A stretch of DNA of 64,000 nt, taken from assembly GCA_965242965.1 (NCBI GenBank), contig OZ251518.1:2048001-2112000 (forward strand). The letters run 5' to 3'. The stretch's first letter is position 1, and each line of letters begins with the position of its first letter. This stretch comes from Candidatus Poribacteria bacterium. Its GTDB lineage: Bacteria; Poribacteria; WGA-4E; WGA-3G. A program made the position numbers and the translations under genes. Positions 1 to 10,254 of this stretch are shown piece by piece. A model generated the notes under the pieces. It was not told the DNA's origin. It worked only from the letters and a program-made list of their open reading frames with translations, and ran no database searches.

Positions 1-1684
1 CTTCGGAGATAAAATCAGGCGGATACGCTTGTGCCAGCATCTCCTGATTCTCGAATGGGTAGTGCCATTGCGCCGTGTGCGCGCAGCCTGAATCAAACCA
101 GCAATCGATGACATCCGGCACGCGATGCATCCTGCCGCCGCACTTATCGCAAGTGAGAACGACATCATCGACATAAGGCCGGTGGAGTTCAATATCGTCC
201 GGAACGTTCGTGCCTCGCTCTTTCAGTTCGGCGATACTACCGATGCAGTGCTGATTGCCACACGCATCGCATGTCCAGACAGGCAGCGGCGTTCCCCAAT
301 AACGTTCACGGCTTAATCCCCAATCGACGTTGTTTTCCAGCCAATTGCCGAACCGTCCCTCTTTGATATGTTCCGGGTACCAGTTAATCTGCTGATTGTG
401 CCGGAGCATCTGTTCGCGGATAGCGGTGGTGCGGATGAACCACGATTCGCGCGCGTAATAGAGCAACGGCGTATCGCACCGCCAACAGAACGGGTATTCG
501 TGCTTATATTCGCTCGCCTTCAACAACAGCCCGCGCTGTGCGAGGTTTTCGGTGATACCTGCGTCGGCATCTTTCACGAATGTGCCTGCCCACGGTTCTA
601 CTTCCGGCACAAACGTTCCATCCGGTGCCACCAACTGCACCAGCGGCAAGCCGTGTTTTTGCCCGATTTCGTAATCGTCTTGCCCGAATGCGGGAGCGAT
701 ATGCACTAACCCTGTCCCGTCTTCAAGCGTAACGAAGTCACCGGCGACGACGTAGTGCGTGCGAGGGCCTGTCCCCCGCGCTGCGGTAGAAGGCGCATCG
801 CTCGATGTGAAGTCAAACAGCGGTTCATACTCCCAATCGAGGAGTTCGTATCCTTTGTAGTGTGTCGTCATGTCCGGTTGTTCATCGCCAAACACTTTAG
901 ACAAGAGTTCTTTTGCGAGGATGAGATGCTGTCCTTCATGCGCAACGCCGACGTAATCGTAATCTTCGCCCACGGCGATAGCCAGATTAGAGGGCAGCGT
1001 CCACGGAGTCGTCGTCCAGACGAGCAGGTAGGTGTTCTCCTGATTTTTGACTGGGAATTTCACGTAAACAGAAGGGTCTGCCACAGTCTTGTAACTGAGC
1101 GAAACCTCGTGTGTAGCAAGGGTTGTCCCGCATCGGCAGCAGTAAGGTTGCACCTTGTGTCCCTGATACAGGAGTTCCTTATCCCATGCTTGCCGCAGCA
1201 CCCACCACACGCTCTCAATGTAATCGTTTGACAGCGTGATGTAGGCATCGTCTAGGTTCACCCAGAACCCGATGCGTTCTGTCATCAGCCGCCATTCCTG
1301 TTCGTATTGGAAGACGTTCTCCTTGCATTTTTCGATGAAGTTCTCAACGCCGTAAGCCTCAAGTTCAGCCTTATTTGTGATATTGAGCTGCTTTTCGACC
1401 TGGTATTCAACCGGCAGGCCGTGCGTGTCCCATCCCGCTTTTCGGTGGACGTAGTGTCCTGTCATCGTCTTATAGCGGCAGACGGTATCTTTCAGGATAC
1501 GCCCAAGAACGTGGTGCACGCCGGGCGGCGCGTTAGCGAACGGCGGTCCTTCGAGGAAGACAAACGGCGGGTCTGCCTGATGCGCAGTCATGCTTTTCTG
1601 GAAGATATCGTTCTCTCGCCAGAACACCAAGGTCGCTTTTTCTTTTTCTGCAAACGTAAATTGTGGGGATACCTCTTCAAACAT
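1..1684 (-). CDS. ileS: Isoleucine--tRNA ligase (type 2-like), 3' end runs off the window
   Basis: Not in the ORF track; manual minus-strand translation from ATG 1684 gives MFEEVSPQF...EGPPFANAPPGVHH...GWDTHGLPVE...WTTTPWTLPSN...GTGLVHIAPAFG...DWGLSRERYWGTPLP, all class Ia IleRS motifs. Confidence 0.95.
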   Translation of the reverse strand, partial: MFEEVSPQFTFAEKEKATLVFWRENDIFQKSMTAHQADPPFVFLEGPPFANAPPGVHHVLGRILKDTVCRYKTMTGHYVHRKAGWDTHGLPVEYQVEKQLNITNKAELEAYGVENFIEKCKENVFQYEQEWRLMTERIGFWVNLDDAYITLSNDYIESVWWVLRQAWDKELLYQGHKVQPYCCRCGTTLATHEVSLSYKTVADPSVYVKFPVKNQENTYLLVWTTTPWTLPSNLAIAVGEDYDYVGVAHEGQHLILAKELLSKVFGDEQPDMTTHYKGYELLDWEYEPLFDFTSSDAPSTAARGTGPRTHYVVAGDFVTLEDGTGLVHIAPAFGQDDYEIGQKHGLPLVQLVAPDGTFVPEVEPWAGTFVKDADAGITENLAQRGLLLKASEYKHEYPFCWRCDTPLLYYARESWFIRTTAIREQMLRHNQQINWYPEHIKEGRFGNWLENNVDWGLSRERYWGTPLPVWTCDACGNQHCIGSIAELKERGTNVPDDIELHRPYVDDVVLTCDKCGGRMHRVPDVIDCWFDSGCAHTAQWHYPFENQEMLAQAYPPDFISE

Positions 1685-1781
1685 GCGAAATCCCTCTCGT
1701 TTTTTTAGACACGACTTACGCAAGCAGGTAGGCGCGCTTCGTGTAAGTCTGAATAGCAACGAAAAATCGTATTTACTAATT

Positions 1782-1810
1782 ATGATACCATATTTTGCGA
1801 TGGATGTCAA
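1782..1810 (-). promoter_or_regulatory. sigma70-like promoter for ileS
   Basis: Minus strand TTGACA-17 nt-TATCAT about 100 nt upstream of the ileS ATG. Confidence 0.55.
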
Positions 1811-1880
1811 ATCTTTTTTTATTCATTTTTCCCCAAAATGTGGTATAATATCTGTAGCGAAAAAAAGGAGGAAGGAACCG

Positions 1881-2522
1881 GTGGCATTTAGCGATTTCAA
1901 AACAGTCTCTGAAGTGCAGAAAGAATTCAGAATCACCTACTCGGAAGATGACTTCGTCCGGGGTGAACCTTCAACGCCATCGGAGCATTTTCTGAAAGAG
2001 CTCGCGTTTACGCAGGAGCACTTTGACGTTTTCACGTCCGAGGCGATTCGGACAGAGGCGATTATTTTTCCGGTCTTACGCGAAATCTACAAGGCTTACG
2101 CCGATACTTGTGTACTCTGGGTAAAACGCCCGGTCATTTACGATGATATTTTAACAGGGACACCAGATTACTTCGTCTCTACGAAATCGGAATTGGGCAA
2201 AACCGTCGTGGGGAGCCCACTCATCCTCATGGTTGAGGCGAAGAAGAACGATTTTGAACTCGGCTGGGGACAATGTCTCGCCGAATTAGTCGCCGCGCAG
2301 AAGATTAATGATGATGCGGCTTGTCCCGTGTATGGCATTGTCACCGATGGAAAATTGTGGGAATTCGGGCGGCTTATTGGCGATGCTTTTACGCGAAACA
2401 TAACGCCTTTCTGGCTTGCCAATTTTCCGGTGCTTTTTGGGGCACTTGATGCAGTCTTCAAAGCCGCTATTAAAACCGAAAACGGAGAAACCCCCGACTA
2501 TGGAACTTTACGAAGCCGTTAG
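1881..2522 (+). CDS. PD-(D/E)XK-fold hypothetical protein (HsdR N-terminal-like)
   Basis: GTG after an AGGAGG-rich RBS; GTPDY...MVEAKK...WGQCLAELVAA...YGIVTDG motifs; overlaps purB start. Confidence 0.7.
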   Translation: MAFSDFKTVSEVQKEFRITYSEDDFVRGEPSTPSEHFLKELAFTQEHFDVFTSEAIRTEAIIFPVLREIYKAYADTCVLWVKRPVIYDDILTGTPDYFVSTKSELGKTVVGSPLILMVEAKKNDFELGWGQCLAELVAAQKINDDAACPVYGIVTDGKLWEFGRLIGDAFTRNITPFWLANFPVLFGALDAVFKAAIKTENGETPDYGTLRSR

Positions 2523-3906
2523 CCCGCTAGATTTCCGATACTACGGCGGCGACGCGGCATTTATGAAACGTCTCCTGCCCTACGTCTCCGAGGCAGGCTA
2601 TGTCACCTATCAGGCGAAAGTGGAGGCGGCACTGGTGCGCACCCTCGCAGACTACGGTGTCTGCACCGCAAAAATCGCCGATGAAGTGGAGCAAGCAGTT
2701 GCACTTGTCACGGCGGAGGAAGTCTACGAGGAACAACGCCGTATCCGGCACAACATCCGTTCTCTCGTCAATGTTATCCGGCGAAACATCAGTCTCGAAG
2801 CGCGTCCTTACGTCCACTTGTTCGCGACATCTGCGGACATACTTGATACCGCCACCGCTTTGCGGTTCAAAGAGCTCACCGAAAACGTTATCATTCCCGA
2901 CTTGGTGGCGTTTGAGAAGCAACTCATAGTGCTGGCGCGGGAACACGCGGAGACGGTGCAGATCGGCAGGACGCACGGGCAACACGCGGAACCAACTACC
3001 TTCGGCTATGCGATGGCACTCTACGTCAGCCGCATCGGCACGCGTATTGAGAAGATTTCTGAGGCGGCTCAAAATCTGCGCGGACAATTTTCAGGTGCAG
3101 TCGGCGCGTTTAACGGACTTGCCCTGATTCACGAACACCCGGAACAAATCGAGGTACATTTCCTCGCGCTCCTCGGGCTGAAGCCGTCCGATACGCACAC
3201 TTCAACGCAGTGTGTGGAGCCGGAGTTCATCTCGGATTTAGCGTATCAAGTTACGGCGGCTTACACCGTGCTTGCCAACTTCGCCGATGATATGCGGCAC
3301 CTCTACCGCACCGAAATCGCGGAGGTGGGGAGGAAGTATAACCCGCAACTTGTCGGTTCATCGACGATGCCGCACAAGGTAAACCCGGAGGCGTATGAGA
3401 ACGTTAAAAGCCTCTGGAAAGCGTTTGTGCCACGGATGCAGACTGTCTTCATGGATAGCATCCTTGAGCACCAACGCGACCTGACGAATTCTGCCTCAAG
3501 CCGTTTTGTGACAGAATTGTTCACGGCGTTTGATTACGCTATCTATCGGCTGCGGCGCGCGGTAGAGGAGATGGATGTCAAAGCGGAGAATATGCGCCGA
3601 AACCTGGCACTCAGCGCGGAGGATACGATTGCGGAACCTATCTATCTGTTGATGGCATATTATGGATTTCCTGATGCCTATGAGCATACCCGTGCGTTGA
3701 TTGCGCAGGTGCACGAGACCGGGAAGAGCCTCTCCGCGCTTTTGTGGGAAGATGAGACGTTCCGGCCATTCCTTGACAAACTGACAGATTCGCAGCGCGA
3801 GGCACTCCGCGCACCGACAAATTATATCGGCGCGTCCGTGCAAAGGACGCACGCCACATGCGATGCGTGGGAAAAACGGATGGAAGCGTTTGGAAATGTC
3901 CCTTAG
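2500..3906 (+). CDS. purB: Adenylosuccinate lyase
   Basis: SPLDFRY N-terminus, GRTHGQHAEPTTFG, fumarate-lyase signature GSSTMPHKVNP. Confidence 0.9.
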   Translation: MELYEAVSPLDFRYYGGDAAFMKRLLPYVSEAGYVTYQAKVEAALVRTLADYGVCTAKIADEVEQAVALVTAEEVYEEQRRIRHNIRSLVNVIRRNISLEARPYVHLFATSADILDTATALRFKELTENVIIPDLVAFEKQLIVLAREHAETVQIGRTHGQHAEPTTFGYAMALYVSRIGTRIEKISEAAQNLRGQFSGAVGAFNGLALIHEHPEQIEVHFLALLGLKPSDTHTSTQCVEPEFISDLAYQVTAAYTVLANFADDMRHLYRTEIAEVGRKYNPQLVGSSTMPHKVNPEAYENVKSLWKAFVPRMQTVFMDSILEHQRDLTNSASSRFVTELFTAFDYAIYRLRRAVEEMDVKAENMRRNLALSAEDTIAEPIYLLMAYYGFPDAYEHTRALIAQVHETGKSLSALLWEDETFRPFLDKLTDSQREALRAPTNYIGASVQRTHATCDAWEKRMEAFGNVP

Positions 3907-4105
3907 CCCGCATCGCGGGGAAACCTATCCCTCGCCCATCGTTTCATAGTTTCTCGAGACCGGGAGGTCTCTCCTACTGGGACGCATTGGCCTGTCCCTC
4001 GCCAGCATCTCGTAGTTTCGTAGTGCGAGGGCCTGTCCCTCGCAATCGTCTCATCTTCTAATTTCGTAGTGCGAGGGCCTGTCCCTCGTGCTTTGCCTCT
4101 CGCCA
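3905..4105. repeat. Degenerate GTAG-hairpin repeat cluster
   Basis: TCGAGACCGGGAGGTCTCTCCTAC and two copies of CGTAGTGCGAGGGCCTGTCCCTCG. Confidence 0.75.
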
Positions 4106-4131
4106 ATCTAATACGACGGGACAGGCACGCT

Positions 4132-5421
4132 ATGTTTGACATTGTCTACTTGACGCGACGAGGCTTCTGTCTAATCAGACGATACCCACGCTTTTGGCTG
4201 ACGGTAGCCTTCCTGCTCACCTTCGCCCTCGGTATCTGGACGGGACGCGCAGCGCGTTTCAATCAAATCAAGCGATACGTTACCTCCTATCTGGACTTCT
4301 CCCGGGGTGAGGTAACGCAGCGCATCGCGCCCGGCATCGTGCATCGGCAGCGGCAACATAAAGGCGTGCTTACCAACATTCTTGAAGTGTCTCCAAGTGC
4401 TGCGAAGCTCCGTCCTTATCGCGCTTTAGATGCTGGCATCGGCACCGAAACCTTACGTTCATTGGCGCGGCGGCACAAGGCACTCGCGGCGATAAACGGC
4501 GGCTACTTTGAGATGGTAGGCACCTTCCGCGGCGAATCAGTCGGCGCGCTGAAGATTGATGGCGAATGGCACAGCGAACCCGAACAAGGTAGAGCCGTCA
4601 TCGGATTCAGAACCGTCAACGGCAAAATTGAGACATTCATCGACCGGATTGTTCTCAAAATAACACTCATTCTCCCGAACGGCGAGATATTGCCAATTGA
4701 CGGCATCAACCGAAGCCGTGGCAGAGACGAATTGGTGCTTTATCGTTCGCACTTCCACAGCGTGACGTTGACAATGTCCGATGGCGTTGAGGTAGTCGTG
4801 AAAAATGGCGAGGTTATTGGCATTTACGATAAAACCGGTAGCCTGCGTATCCCCGCCGATGGCTACGTCCTCTCCGCGAGCGGGAAGAAGCAGGCGGCAC
4901 TTTTAGCGAATCTGTCTGTTGGAGATGCCGTGCGGATTCGCGAGACAGTCATTCCTGAACGCGTCGGCGACAGCGCGCTGTGGGCCAGTTGCGAACACAT
5001 TATCGGCGGCGGCCCGCTGTTACTGCGAGACGGCGCAGTGCCTACAACGAAAGCGTATCAAGCCGAAGGGTTTGACAAAGCGTTCCATAGTTTCTGGCAC
5101 CCGCGCACCGCGATCGGGAAAAAGGCGGATGGCACCCTGCTTTTTGTAACCATAACCGCCGCGGATGCCGGGGTTAGACGCGGCGTGACGTTACCTCGCC
5201 TCGCTGAATTGTTTGCCGAATGGGGGGCGACAGACGCGCTCAATCTTGATGGAGGCAACTCCTCTATGCTCATCATCCGGGATAAGGTAGTGAGTGTTAA
5301 CTCACGAGAGAAACCCAGGAAGACTGCCCGCGGCAACCGCCGGATGCGGCCTTTACCCAAGCAACAGGGCCGCGCGATTGCGGATGCACTGTTGATTTTT
5401 GAGCAGGATTTACAAGATTAG
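4132..5421 (+). CDS. Phosphodiester glycosidase (NAGPA) family protein
   Basis: N-terminal TM segment, AAINGGYF, HPRTAIG, ALNLDGGNSS motifs; start codon uncertain. Confidence 0.85.
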   Translation: MFDIVYLTRRGFCLIRRYPRFWLTVAFLLTFALGIWTGRAARFNQIKRYVTSYLDFSRGEVTQRIAPGIVHRQRQHKGVLTNILEVSPSAAKLRPYRALDAGIGTETLRSLARRHKALAAINGGYFEMVGTFRGESVGALKIDGEWHSEPEQGRAVIGFRTVNGKIETFIDRIVLKITLILPNGEILPIDGINRSRGRDELVLYRSHFHSVTLTMSDGVEVVVKNGEVIGIYDKTGSLRIPADGYVLSASGKKQAALLANLSVGDAVRIRETVIPERVGDSALWASCEHIIGGGPLLLRDGAVPTTKAYQAEGFDKAFHSFWHPRTAIGKKADGTLLFVTITAADAGVRRGVTLPRLAELFAEWGATDALNLDGGNSSMLIIRDKVVSVNSREKPRKTARGNRRMRPLPKQQGRAIADALLIFEQDLQD

Positions 5422-6345
5422 CACGATTAGCAAGAGATGAGCAGGATTTGCAGGATTTACAAGATGAGCAAGATGAGTCCGTAGCGCGGGGGCCTGTCCC
5501 CCGCGATCGCACGCGTGCCCCAGAGACCGTAGTTCGGGATCGCCTGATCCCGAACGGATGCATAGCGAAGAGAATCCCTTCCGGGCCCGTAGCGCGGGGG
5601 CCTGTCCCCCGCGAGCGCACCCGCGAAAAACATCTCTTCAGGTCCGTTAGGACTAAAATCCTTCCTGGCCCGTAGCGCGGGGGCCTGTCCCCCGCGAGCG
5701 CACCCGCGAAAAACATCTCTTCAGGTCCGTTAGGACTAAAATCCTTCCTGGCCCGTAGCGCGGGGGCCTGTCCCCCGCGAGTGCCCGACCCGCGCGAAAA
5801 CTGCACGCAGACCAAGGCCATTTCCCTCTCAATCGCGGCACGGCGAGGGACAGGCCCTCGCCCTACGGTGAAACGGAGACGGCCTCATCTACCGTAGCGC
5901 GGGGGCCTGTCCCCCGCGATTGTTCACGTGAAAAACATCTCTTCAGGTCCTTTAGGTCCTGCATGTCTATAGTATCCCCGATCCAAAAAAAAGCTAAGGT
6001 CCTTTAGGTCCTTAATATGCAGCAGAAAACATTAAGGTCCTACGGACCTTGAGGGGTATTGCATCGGCGTGCTATAGACATTAAGGTCCTACGGACCTTG
6101 AGGAGAACCCTTCCTGGCCCGTAGCGCGGGGGCCTGTCCCCCGCGATCGCCCGACCCGCACGAAAAACGCACGCAGACAAACCGTTTCCCTCCCGACCGA
6201 GGCATGGCGAGGGACAGGCCCTCGCCCTACAGTCATCGGCACGTTTTTCCCCCGCGATCGCCCGATCCGCGCGAAAAACGAACGCCAACCAACGCCATTT
6301 TCCCGACCGAGGCATGGCGAGGGACAGGCCCTCGCCCTACGGTAT
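5400..6345. repeat. Intergenic mosaic: 9-bp CAGGATTTA-type tandem repeat, GTAG hairpins, AGGTCC element
   Basis: Multiple CGTAGCGCGGGGGCCTGTCCCCCGCG and GGCGAGGGACAGGCCCTCGCCCTAC copies plus an AGGTCC module at about 5930-6105. Confidence 0.9.
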
Positions 6346-6439
6346 AACACCGCGGTCTCCCGCGCCGGCAGGATGGATTCTGGATTCTAAAAAAATTTAA
6401 CTAGCAAAGAAAAAAGCAATGTGATATACTGTTCATGTC

Positions 6440-8557
6440 ATGAACATTTTTAAACACATCAGTCTCCTGTCCTGCATCGCTTTTATCATCGGATGCGGGG
6501 TGCCGAACAACCCATACCCGAAAGCCGAACAGGCACAGGAAATCTATTACAGCACGTTCAGCGAAGAGCCGAAACACTTCGACCCGGCCGTATCCTACAG
6601 CTCGGACGAATATCGGTTTATTCAGCAGATTTACGAACCGCCGCTGCAATACCACTACCTGAAACGGCCTTATGAACTCATGCCGTTAACGGCAGAATCG
6701 GTGCCGATACCGCGCTATTTTGATGCCGATGGACGCGCCTTGCCAACCGATGCCCCGGCTGATTCGGTTGCACGCGCCGTTTATGAAATTCGCATCCGAC
6801 CGGGGATAATGTATCAGCCGCACCCCTGTTTCGCGAAGGATGAAAACGGCGAACGGCTCTATCACAACGTCACGAAAGCGGACGTGAAGGGTTTCACCGA
6901 GATCAAAGATTTCCCGAGGACAGGCACGCGCGAACTCATCGCGGCGGATTATGTCTACCAACTCTTGCGCATGGCAGACCCGAGCGTCTCCTGTCCCATC
7001 TTCAGCACGTTAGAGGACTATATCCTCGGCATGGAGGCGTATTCCGATGCGTTGAAGCAAAACGTTAGCGACACGCCGTTCCCCGGTGTGGAAATCGTCG
7101 ACAGGTATACCTATCGGGTTATCCTCAAAACCAAGTATCCGCAGTTCGTCTATTGGCTGGCGATGCCGTTCTTCTCGCCGATGCCGAAAGAGGCAGTCAA
7201 TTTCTATAACCAGCCTGCGCTGAAGGAACGGAACATCACCCTTGACAGGTTTCCTGTCGGCACGGGCCCTTATCGCATTGAGACGCTTGTGCCATACAAA
7301 GAGATTATCCTCGTGAAAAACGAGAATTTTCGGGTGGAACGGTATCCCTCCAGCGGCGCGCCCGGCGACAGGGAAGCGGGCTTGCTGGACGATGCCTGGC
7401 ACATCGTCCCGTTTATGCCAAAGGTTGTCTACAAATTAGAGAAGGAGTATATCCCGCGCTGGAACAAATTCCTGCAGGGATATTACGATAGTGCCGGCAT
7501 CTCATCGGATACGTTTGATAGTGCCATCGCCTTTGACGATACCGGTGACCCGAGGGCGAGCGACTTGCTGCAAGCGAAGAACATCGTTTTGCGCACGAGT
7601 GTTAGCCCGACGACGATTTACCTCGGCTTCAACATGCAGGACGATGTCGTCGGCGGTTATACGGCGGATAAACAGAAACTGCGTCAAGCCATCTCAATTG
7701 CGTTGAATTACGAAGAATACATTGAAATCTTTTTGAATGGGCGCGGCGTGATTTCGCAGAGCCCCATCCCACCCGGCATCTTCGGTTACGAAGAGGGAGA
7801 AATCGGCATTAACCCGTATGTCTACAATTGGGATGCCCAGACTGGATTGCCCGTGCGGAAATCGTTGGAGGCGGCGCGTCAACTCCTCGCGGAAGCCGGT
7901 TATCCCGATGGCCTGGACAAAGACGGCAATCCGCTCGTCGTCCATTTTGATAACGCGTGGACATCTGCCGGTGCGACACCGCGCTTGGCGTGGATGCGCC
8001 GCCAGTTCGAGAAAATCGGCATCACGATGGAAAACCGCACCACCGATTACAACCGATTTCGCGACAAGGTGCAGAACGCGAACTTCCAAGTCATTTCGTG
8101 GGGATGGCGCGCGGACTACCCCGATGCAGAGAACTTCATGTTCCTCCTCTACGGGCCGAACGGGAGAGCGACATTCGGCGGCGAAAACACGGCGAACTAT
8201 GATAACCCCCAATACAATCGGCTGTTTGAACAGATGAAAAACATGGAGAATTCGCCGGAACGGCTGGAAATCATCCGACAGATGAAACGGGTGCTGCAAC
8301 AGGATGCGCCGTGGGTGTTTACCTATCATCCCGTCTCTTTTGGGCTTTCGCATCAGTGGGTGAAAAACAGCAAACCGAGTCCGTTAGGTGGAAATACGCT
8401 CAAATATCTCCGCGTGGATGCATCGTTGCGCGCACAAAACCGAGCGGCGTGGAATCAGCCGCTGACCTGGCCGCTGTGGGCATTTTTCGGCGTGCTCCTC
8501 CTCGGCACTATTCCAGCGGTAATCACCGTGTGGAAACGAGAACGCGGGACACATTAA
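6440..8557 (+). CDS. ABC transporter substrate-binding lipoprotein (family 5, peptide/nickel type)
   Basis: Lipobox-like IIGC, PKHFDPA, PVGTGPY, LRQAISIALN, GWRADYPDAENF; C-terminal TM anchor. Confidence 0.9.
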   Translation: MNIFKHISLLSCIAFIIGCGVPNNPYPKAEQAQEIYYSTFSEEPKHFDPAVSYSSDEYRFIQQIYEPPLQYHYLKRPYELMPLTAESVPIPRYFDADGRALPTDAPADSVARAVYEIRIRPGIMYQPHPCFAKDENGERLYHNVTKADVKGFTEIKDFPRTGTRELIAADYVYQLLRMADPSVSCPIFSTLEDYILGMEAYSDALKQNVSDTPFPGVEIVDRYTYRVILKTKYPQFVYWLAMPFFSPMPKEAVNFYNQPALKERNITLDRFPVGTGPYRIETLVPYKEIILVKNENFRVERYPSSGAPGDREAGLLDDAWHIVPFMPKVVYKLEKEYIPRWNKFLQGYYDSAGISSDTFDSAIAFDDTGDPRASDLLQAKNIVLRTSVSPTTIYLGFNMQDDVVGGYTADKQKLRQAISIALNYEEYIEIFLNGRGVISQSPIPPGIFGYEEGEIGINPYVYNWDAQTGLPVRKSLEAARQLLAEAGYPDGLDKDGNPLVVHFDNAWTSAGATPRLAWMRRQFEKIGITMENRTTDYNRFRDKVQNANFQVISWGWRADYPDAENFMFLLYGPNGRATFGGENTANYDNPQYNRLFEQMKNMENSPERLEIIRQMKRVLQQDAPWVFTYHPVSFGLSHQWVKNSKPSPLGGNTLKYLRVDASLRAQNRAAWNQPLTWPLWAFFGVLLLGTIPAVITVWKRERGTH

Positions 8558-8560
8558 CCG

Positions 8561-9541
8561 ATGCTTGCCTACATTATACGGCGAATCCTTTACGCCATTC
8601 CCATCCTCATCGGTGTGAACATCATCGTCTTCGTGCTGTTCTTCGTCGTCAATTCGCCCGATAGCATGGCGCGTTCCATCCTCGGCGAGAAAAATATCAC
8701 GCAAGAAGATGTGGACAATTGGAAACGCAAAAACGGATACCATCTGCCGCTGTTTTTCAATATCGAGGCGACTGGGACTGCAATAGTCACGCAGACAGTC
8801 TTCTTCCAAAAGTCAGCGAAACTGTTCGTCTTTGACTTCGGCGTATCGGATACGAACAACATTGACATCACCTCGCAAATCGGGGAACGCATGTGGGCGA
8901 GTTTGACTATTGCCGTGCCGACGTTCCTGCTCGGACTGCTCGTCAATATCACTACCTCAATGATAGTCGCCTACTATCGCGGCACCTACGTCGATTTTTG
9001 GGGGACAATCCTCGCTGTGATTATCATGTCCGTTTCGCAACTTTTCTATATTATCGGTGGGCAGTGGTTGTTCGGCAAGGTATTCCGTCTCTTCCCGATT
9101 TCGGGATACGATTCGGGGGTGGAACTCCTCAAGTTCGTGATTCTGCCGGTGGTTATCGGTATTATCAGCGGCATCGGCGGAGGCATCCGTTTTTACCGGA
9201 CGATTTTTCTTGAGGAAGTGAACCGCGACTATGTCCGCACGGCGCGTGCCAAAGGGCTGAGCGAGGGAATTGTCCTCTTCAAGCATGCCCTCAAAAACGC
9301 CATGATTCCGATTCTGACGAACGTCGTCATCGCGATACCGCTCCTCTTCACGGGTAGTTTGGTGATGGAGGCATTTTTCGCGATTCCGGGGTTGGGCAGT
9401 TTCACAATTGAGGCGATTTATGCGCAAGACTTCGCCATCGTCCGAAGCATGGTGTATCTCGGGTCGGTGCTGTATATTGCCGGTCTGCTGATGACAGACA
9501 TTAGTTATACCCTCGTCGATCCGCGCATCCGATTTGCATGA
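8561..9541 (+). CDS. ABC transporter permease (DppB/OppB-like)
   Basis: MLAYIIRRILYAIP start, DYVRTARAKGL...KHALKNA loop, C-terminal DPRIR. Confidence 0.92.
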   Translation: MLAYIIRRILYAIPILIGVNIIVFVLFFVVNSPDSMARSILGEKNITQEDVDNWKRKNGYHLPLFFNIEATGTAIVTQTVFFQKSAKLFVFDFGVSDTNNIDITSQIGERMWASLTIAVPTFLLGLLVNITTSMIVAYYRGTYVDFWGTILAVIIMSVSQLFYIIGGQWLFGKVFRLFPISGYDSGVELLKFVILPVVIGIISGIGGGIRFYRTIFLEEVNRDYVRTARAKGLSEGIVLFKHALKNAMIPILTNVVIAIPLLFTGSLVMEAFFAIPGLGSFTIEAIYAQDFAIVRSMVYLGSVLYIAGLLMTDISYTLVDPRIRFA

Positions 9542-9544
9542 TTG

Positions 9545-10212
9545 AGATCGGGCCCAACTCTGTAGTTCGGGAGGCATCGGGCCCACCTCTGTAGTTCGGG
9601 AGCACCTGCTCCCGAACGGTTCAGGAGCAGGCGCTCCTGAACTACAGGGCCTGGCGCGCGAACGCTGGCGAGGGGAACCCGCTCGCCAGCGCGTGTGGCA
9701 TGCGAGGGCCCACGCCCTACGGGGAAGGGGACGGCGTTTTTAACCGTAGCGCGGGGGCCTGTCCCCCGCGATCGCAGCATGGCGAGGGACAGGTTTTCCC
9801 ACAGCCCTACGTGAAGGGACGGCGTTTTTTTCACCGCAGCGTGGGGGCCTGTCCCCCGCGAGTTTCCGGTAGACCGCAGCACGGCGAGGGACAGGCCCTC
9901 GCCCTATGTGAAGGAGACCGTTTTTTACCGTAGCGCGGGGGCCTGTCCCCCGCGATCGCAGCATAAGGGGCGGCGTTTTTTTATCGTAGCGCGGGGGCCT
10001 GTCCCCCGCGATCGTTCGACCTGCGCGAAAATCGTCCATCGACCAAGGCCATTTCCCTTCCGATCGAGGCATGGCGAGGGACAGGCCCTCGCCCTACGTG
10101 AAGGGACGGCGTTTTTTCACCGTAGCGCGGGGCCCTCGGATGCCACACGCGCATCTGAGCGGGTTTCCCCCGCGATCGCTGCACGGCGAGGGACAGGCCC
10201 TCGCCCTACGTG
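9545..10212. repeat. Intergenic GTAG-hairpin mosaic
   Basis: GTAGTTCGGGAGC..GCTCCCGAAC hairpins followed by several inverted pairs of CCTGT-loop hairpins. Confidence 0.9.
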
Positions 10213-10254
10213 AAACGAGAACGTTTATCAAACGCTTTGCGCCAGAATAAAAAT

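Noticed and set aside
125-1708. Plus-strand ORFs in the ORF track
   Set aside because: Antisense shadows of ileS on the minus strand.
1685-1781. T-box riboswitch upstream of ileS
   Set aside because: The leader is only about 95 nt, with no T-box consensus or terminator/antiterminator visible.
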